A DNA stretch of 64,000 nt from Callorhinchus milii. Taxonomy: Eukaryota. The DNA lies in NCBI RefSeq assembly GCF_018977255.1, contig NW_024704749.1, forward strand, positions 17,794,001 through 17,858,000, in the 5' to 3' direction. Below the pieces are notes generated by a model that searched no databases, was not told the DNA's origin, and was given only the letters and a program-made list of their open reading frames with translations. The first letter of the stretch is position 1; each line of letters begins with the position of its first letter. The position numbers were made by a program, and so were the translations under genes. Below are positions 63,681-64,000 of this stretch, in pieces.

Positions 63681-64000
63681 CTGTAAACACACAAATAAAT
63701 ATGTCCGTGCTTCCTTGAAGAGCTCAAAATTTTATTTTTTTTAAATAAATTGTTCCTATTTTTCCTTCCAATTTTCCATCCTCATCTCAAAGCAGTGAAT
63801 AGCGTTTGGGCTTTGCTCCACAAGCATCAGGACCCTCCAACATCTCACCAAAGTGGCCTTTCATCAAATGTTTGCCTGGATAGTGACATGTTACTCCACC
63901 TTGAGAGGCAAGAGCTTCCTGACTCACACTTTTCCCAGCAGGTGGTCAACTGATATTGATCGGATACTCTCAAGCTTTTGACTACTCTTAAAGCACGCTG

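Overview
This is a vertebrate genomic window, not a prokaryotic one. The repeat content suggests a cartilaginous fish, probably a holocephalan; that is an inference. It carries the syntenic block GLE1 (+, last 10 coding exons, 501-7472), SPTAN1/alpha-II spectrin (+, complete CDS in 58 coding exons, 20635-59592, CpG-rich promoter near 12 kb) and DYNC2I2/WDR34 (-, last 4 coding exons, 60268-63680), which lies tail-to-tail with SPTAN1. I traced exon boundaries by hand, and they give GT-AG introns with consistent phases. Introns contain tRNA-derived/Deu-type SINEs and L2 and CR1 3' fragments. Most ORFs in the supplied track are spurious or exon-plus-intron read-throughs. I found no evidence for a wholly new multi-gene system. 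The best leads are: (1) an extra intron in SPTAN1 codon 25 that mirrors an intron in a paralogous internal repeat; (2) a remodelled calpain/Src-site microexon with no Tyr; (3) conserved alternative exons, including the 21-aa cardiac insert; (4) a hairpin-repeat array beside an antisense Pol III-like A/B-box/T5 unit at the SPTAN1 promoter; (5) a Ser-to-Leu change in EF-hand 1; (6) a decayed partial exon duplicate. Comparisons to human genes are from recall, not from a search.
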